Shown here one piece after another: positions 62,781 to 64,000 of a stretch of 64,000 nt of DNA. A program made the position numbers and the translations under genes. The stretch lies in the NCBI RefSeq assembly GCF_965363235.1, contig NC_134841.1, positions 74,589,723-74,653,722 on the forward strand. Reading direction: 5' to 3'. This DNA comes from Mytilus galloprovincialis (lineage: Eukaryota). Under the pieces are notes generated by a model. The model made no database searches. It was not told where the DNA came from and saw only the letters and a list, made by a program, of their open reading frames with translations. Positions within the stretch are counted from its first letter, which is position 1, and each line of letters begins with the position of its first letter.

Positions 62781-62925
62781 TCATAAGTTATGAAATCTTT
62801 TAAAAACGTAACGGCAACTGGGTTAGAAAACACCGCTAATTGTCCACCTAAGTTAATACATTCCTGTGAGGCTTCGTAATAGTTGTAATCTCCATGGATA
62901 AATGTCACGTCTGGATGAGGAGGTG
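62781..62925 (-). CDS. Multi-CTLD gene, exon b (N-terminal half of CTLD-B)
   Basis: Acceptor gttttgcag|CA. Encodes PPHPDVTFIHGDYNYYEASQECINLGGQLAVFSNPVAVTFLKDFITY then ga|GTATGT donor. Phase joins exon c exactly (..ITY-E-TLTGDIWIGL..). Confidence 0.55.
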
Positions 62926-63262
62926 CTGCAAAACAACAGTATACAAGTAGAATATAGATAGGGTGACTAGATGACGGAATCCTTTAATCGACAATATGCT
63001 TAAAAATTCTCAAAGAAAATAGTCGAGCGGATCTGGTTATCAAAATGATTATTAATAGTTTTATCAATTTGTAATGGAATTTAAATTTGAATGACATATA
63101 GTGTAACAAGACTGTATCCACTTTCAAATATAAATGAAAATTTTACACAAAACTGAACACTAAAACATAATTGTGAAAGAAAAAAGTTACATGAAAAAAT
63201 ATCTAAAAAATGGAATTTTGAAACATGTACGTTTCTACTAAACATATATACAGTGATATGCA

Positions 63263-63460
63263 CCATAACATAGAGGGCGGTTAAGTTCCGTGTAGGCGCC
63301 CGTATTCCACAATACATAAGCATAGGCCTGGCTAAACTTTCCAAATTCCAATTGTGGTTCAAGGGCTGCCCATGAATCATAGTCCAATGTTTTGCCATCA
63401 TCCCAATAACAAAGTTGGTTTGTACAAGATACAGACATCCATACATCATCGACAATGCCC
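63263..63460 (-). CDS. Multi-CTLD gene, exon a (C-terminal half of CTLD-A; the N-terminal half presumably lies beyond 64000)
   Basis: Acceptor ttttttttaacag|G. Encodes GIVDDVWMSVSCTNQLCYWDDGKTLDYDSWAALEPQLEFGKFSQAYAYVLWNTGAYTELNRPLCY then g|GTGCAT donor. Overlaps ORF 63238-63489. Coordinates may be off by 1 (see summary). Confidence 0.5.
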
Positions 63461-64000
63461 CTGTTAAAAAAAATACATATACGTATCAATATAACTATAC
63501 CAAAGATATGTTAACAGATTAGAACTTTTTTTTATACATTTATGTTTATGTTTAAATTGTTCAGCGAATATTGTCGATACTTAGAATGCAATAACTGCGA
63601 CTATTTTGTATTTTACCAGTTGTAGGTAATAACAGTGGCGGATTCCTGTCTTGAGTAGTGAGTAGACGGCTGGGCGTTCACCTCTATTTTAGACGGCTAA
63701 TGCTTGTAAATATCTTGTTAAGATTTAAATGATTTTAGCACATAATAGTTCAATAAAATGGCGACTCACTCCGCATGGCACTATTTTTTTAAAAATAATT
63801 TTGACCAAAGAGCAGCCGGACAATGAGTATTTAGTTCGAATTGGGGATACGAATTTGACAGCTAATGTCCCAATAAATGTGTACATTATATTTTCAAAAC
63901 TAATTACAAATCATGTAAACTCGTACAAATGGAAAATGGAAAAATCGTTTTTATACGTTTTGATTATATTCGTGTGAAAATAACACAAATCGCTGGGTTA

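Overview
This is eukaryotic DNA, not prokaryotic. GT-AG introns with phase-consistent exons, long satellite arrays, LTR and LINE fragments and a hammerhead-ribozyme tandem repeat all say so. It is almost certainly a bivalve mollusc. The ~175-bp satellite monomer carries GGGCCC (ApaI), GGATCC (BamHI) and TGGCCA (MscI/BalI) sites and a 3-monomer higher-order repeat of 525/526 bp, which is reminiscent of Mytilus ApaI-type satDNA.

The window is dominated by three arrays of this one satellite: 4030-4724 (+), 13095-28700 (-, ~30 HOR copies) and 37215-44694 (+, ~14 HOR copies). Each array ends at the identical junction with the same ~620-bp non-satellite flank module, which suggests the satellite travels with a Helitron/MgE-like mobile element.

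Genes and gene remnants:
- A TRIM-like B-box/coiled-coil/NHL gene (9663-11506, -) carries three independent lesions, including a MITE insertion whose precise excision restores the frame.
- A two-exon ZAR1-like zinc-finger gene (50113-51143, +).
- A multi-CTLD (C-type-lectin-like) gene on the minus strand (58390-63460) built from phase-symmetric exon pairs.
- A degenerate BEL/Pao gag-protease fragment (34425-37192, +) inserted into satellite.
- A LINE 3' fragment (45600-46100, +).
- A ~3.3-kb segmental duplication (420-3700 vs 29990-33312).

Most notable findings:
- An ~818-bp insertion of 352-bp tandem units at 31655-32473. Each unit carries a canonical minimal type-I hammerhead ribozyme core (CUGAUGA-stem II-GAAAC, GUC cleavage site). 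This is a retrozyme-like circRNA element. It is absent from the paralogous duplicate. A degenerate solo copy with a G12 to A change sits at 56439.
- A 33-bp minisatellite of ~40 copies inside a CTLD intron (58581-59890), derived from the downstream splice-acceptor and exon-start sequence.
- Two near-perfect ~50-bp-arm hairpins at 8851-8978 and 11830-11937.

A caveat on coordinates: at one point my hand indexing of the printed sequence disagreed by 1 nt with the supplied ORF track (around 63402-63420). Exon and element boundaries given here may therefore be off by 1-2 nt.
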